Assembly: GCF_028641065.1 (NCBI RefSeq)
Contig: NC_073379.1
Span: forward strand, 56,978,001 to 57,042,000
From: Leucoraja erinacea
Taxonomy: Eukaryota
DNA length: 64,000 nucleotides
Reading direction: 5' to 3'
The position numbers and the translations under genes were made by a program. A model generated the notes under the pieces. It was given only the letters and a program-made list of their open reading frames with translations. It was not told where the DNA came from and ran no database searches. Of the stretch, positions 62,951-64,000 are shown in pieces (the stretch's first letter is position 1; each line of letters opens with the position of its first letter).

Positions 62951-63035
62951 GACAGGTTTGTATTCGCCCACTCGCTTCCTTGGGTCTACAACCAACTCTT
63001 TCATGCTGCTTTTATCTCTTCACCAGATAAAAGCT

Positions 63036-63330
63036 GCCCAGATCTCCCCAGGGGAGCATGGGTGAAGCTCAACAGACTTCGTACTGGAGTTGGTGTTTCA
63101 ATGCCAGCATGTGGAGATGGGGACTCCGCCAGAGCCCAGCCTGTGAATACGGAGCAGAACAACAGACAGCCAACCATGTCATCTCTGGGTGCCCGCTCTA
63201 CTACCCATCAAATGGAGCTCAGGGCCCGGCCGACGCAGAGACAACAACCTGGCTGCACAACACCCGGCTTGAGATCTAACTATTCCTTTGGTTTATGTTT
63301 CATTCACAAGAAGAAGAAGAAGAAGAAGAA
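63036..63330 (+). mobile_element. Vingi/Ingi-like LINE 3' end with (GAA)n tail
   Basis: DLPRGAWVKLNRLRTGVG / MWRWGLRQSPAC.YG..QTANHVISGCP (zinc-knuckle-type C-terminus), frameshifted. Confidence 0.75.
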
Positions 63331-63454
63331 CCCTGACAGCATTAAGGGTTTGGTTGTTGCTCTGATGCCATGGCACAAGGTTTTCGATCTTTTTTCTCTT
63401 TTCCGTACTTTGTTTCACTGTTGTTCTATATCTGGCCAACAGTGGTGGTATTGG

Positions 63455-63688
63455 TTTCTTCCCACAGGCCATTAGGACTGTAAACTCTTATCTCACCAGG
63501 GACTAATTTACTGTACCAATTTACTGTTGTGTTGTGTCTTTTTTAAATTGCTGTTTTTTTCTAATAATGTAAATACTGATTCTGTTCTATTCTGTTCTGT
63601 AGTTTTTTGCACAATCCGCAGGCATTGCCACTTTCATTTCACTGCACATCTTGTATGTGTATGTGACAAACAAACTTGACTTGACTTG
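63455..63688 (+). mobile_element. Rex1-type 3' tail
   Basis: FLPQAIR-like end and a UTR shared with 35095-35265; (ACTTG)n tail. Confidence 0.72.
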
Positions 63689-63689
63689 G

Positions 63690-64000
63690 TATAGAAACAT
63701 ATAAAATGCTTAAGGGATTGGACAAGCTAGATGCAGGAAAAATGTTCCTGATGTTGATGGAGTCCAAAGCCAGGGGTCACAGTTTAAGAATAAGGGGCAG
63801 ATAAGAATAAGGGACTTAGATATTTATGTCAACAAAATAGAGAGAGAGTACAGAGGAGATTTACTAGAATGTTGCCTGGGTTTCAGCAACTAAGTTACAG
63901 AGAAAGGTTGAACAAGTTAGGGCTTTATTCTTTGGAGCGCAGAAGGTTAAGGGGGGACTTGATAGAGGTTTTTAAAATGATGAGAGGGATAGACAGAGTT
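63690..64000 (+). mobile_element. Two adjacent CR1 fragments (the second runs off the window)
   Basis: IETYKMLKGLDKLDAG, then VQRRFTRMLPGFQQLSYRERL. Confidence 0.88.

Noticed and set aside
1-64000. CRISPR arrays, operons or prokaryotic defence systems
   Set aside because: Repeats are dispersed retroelement ends with no regular repeat-spacer periodicity; the sequence is vertebrate intron.

Overview
Vertebrate genomic DNA, most likely a cartilaginous fish (skate/ray). This is inferred from the HE1/V-SINE-like SINEs, abundant CR1/HER1-like LINEs and Neptune-type Penelope elements. The whole window lies inside a minus-strand SLC24A2 (NCKX2, Na+/Ca2+-K+ exchanger 2) gene. Four exons of the large cytosolic loop are recognisable with GT-AG boundaries and consistent phase: 40396-40504, 27850-27900 (the known 17-aa alternative exon), 15059-15157 and 10443-10561. 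There is also a probable 54-nt exon (46942-46995) and a candidate 21-nt in-frame microexon (36954-36974). The introns are filled with CR1, Rex1/Babar, RTE, RTE-X and Vingi-like LINE fragments, V-SINEs, a Harbinger-like MITE and Penelope-like element (PLE) pieces. The most distinctive signal is about a dozen short PLE terminal-repeat insertions, most carrying a minimal hammerhead-ribozyme motif. Several are only 60-200 bp with 14-15 bp target-site duplications or fold-back structure, and two intact cores lie in the pre-mRNA sense. A 176-N gap and a probable chimeric haplotype assembly at 34.5-35.5 kb are also present. No prokaryotic systems or CRISPR arrays were seen. Family assignments come from motif recognition, not database searches, and TE boundaries are approximate.
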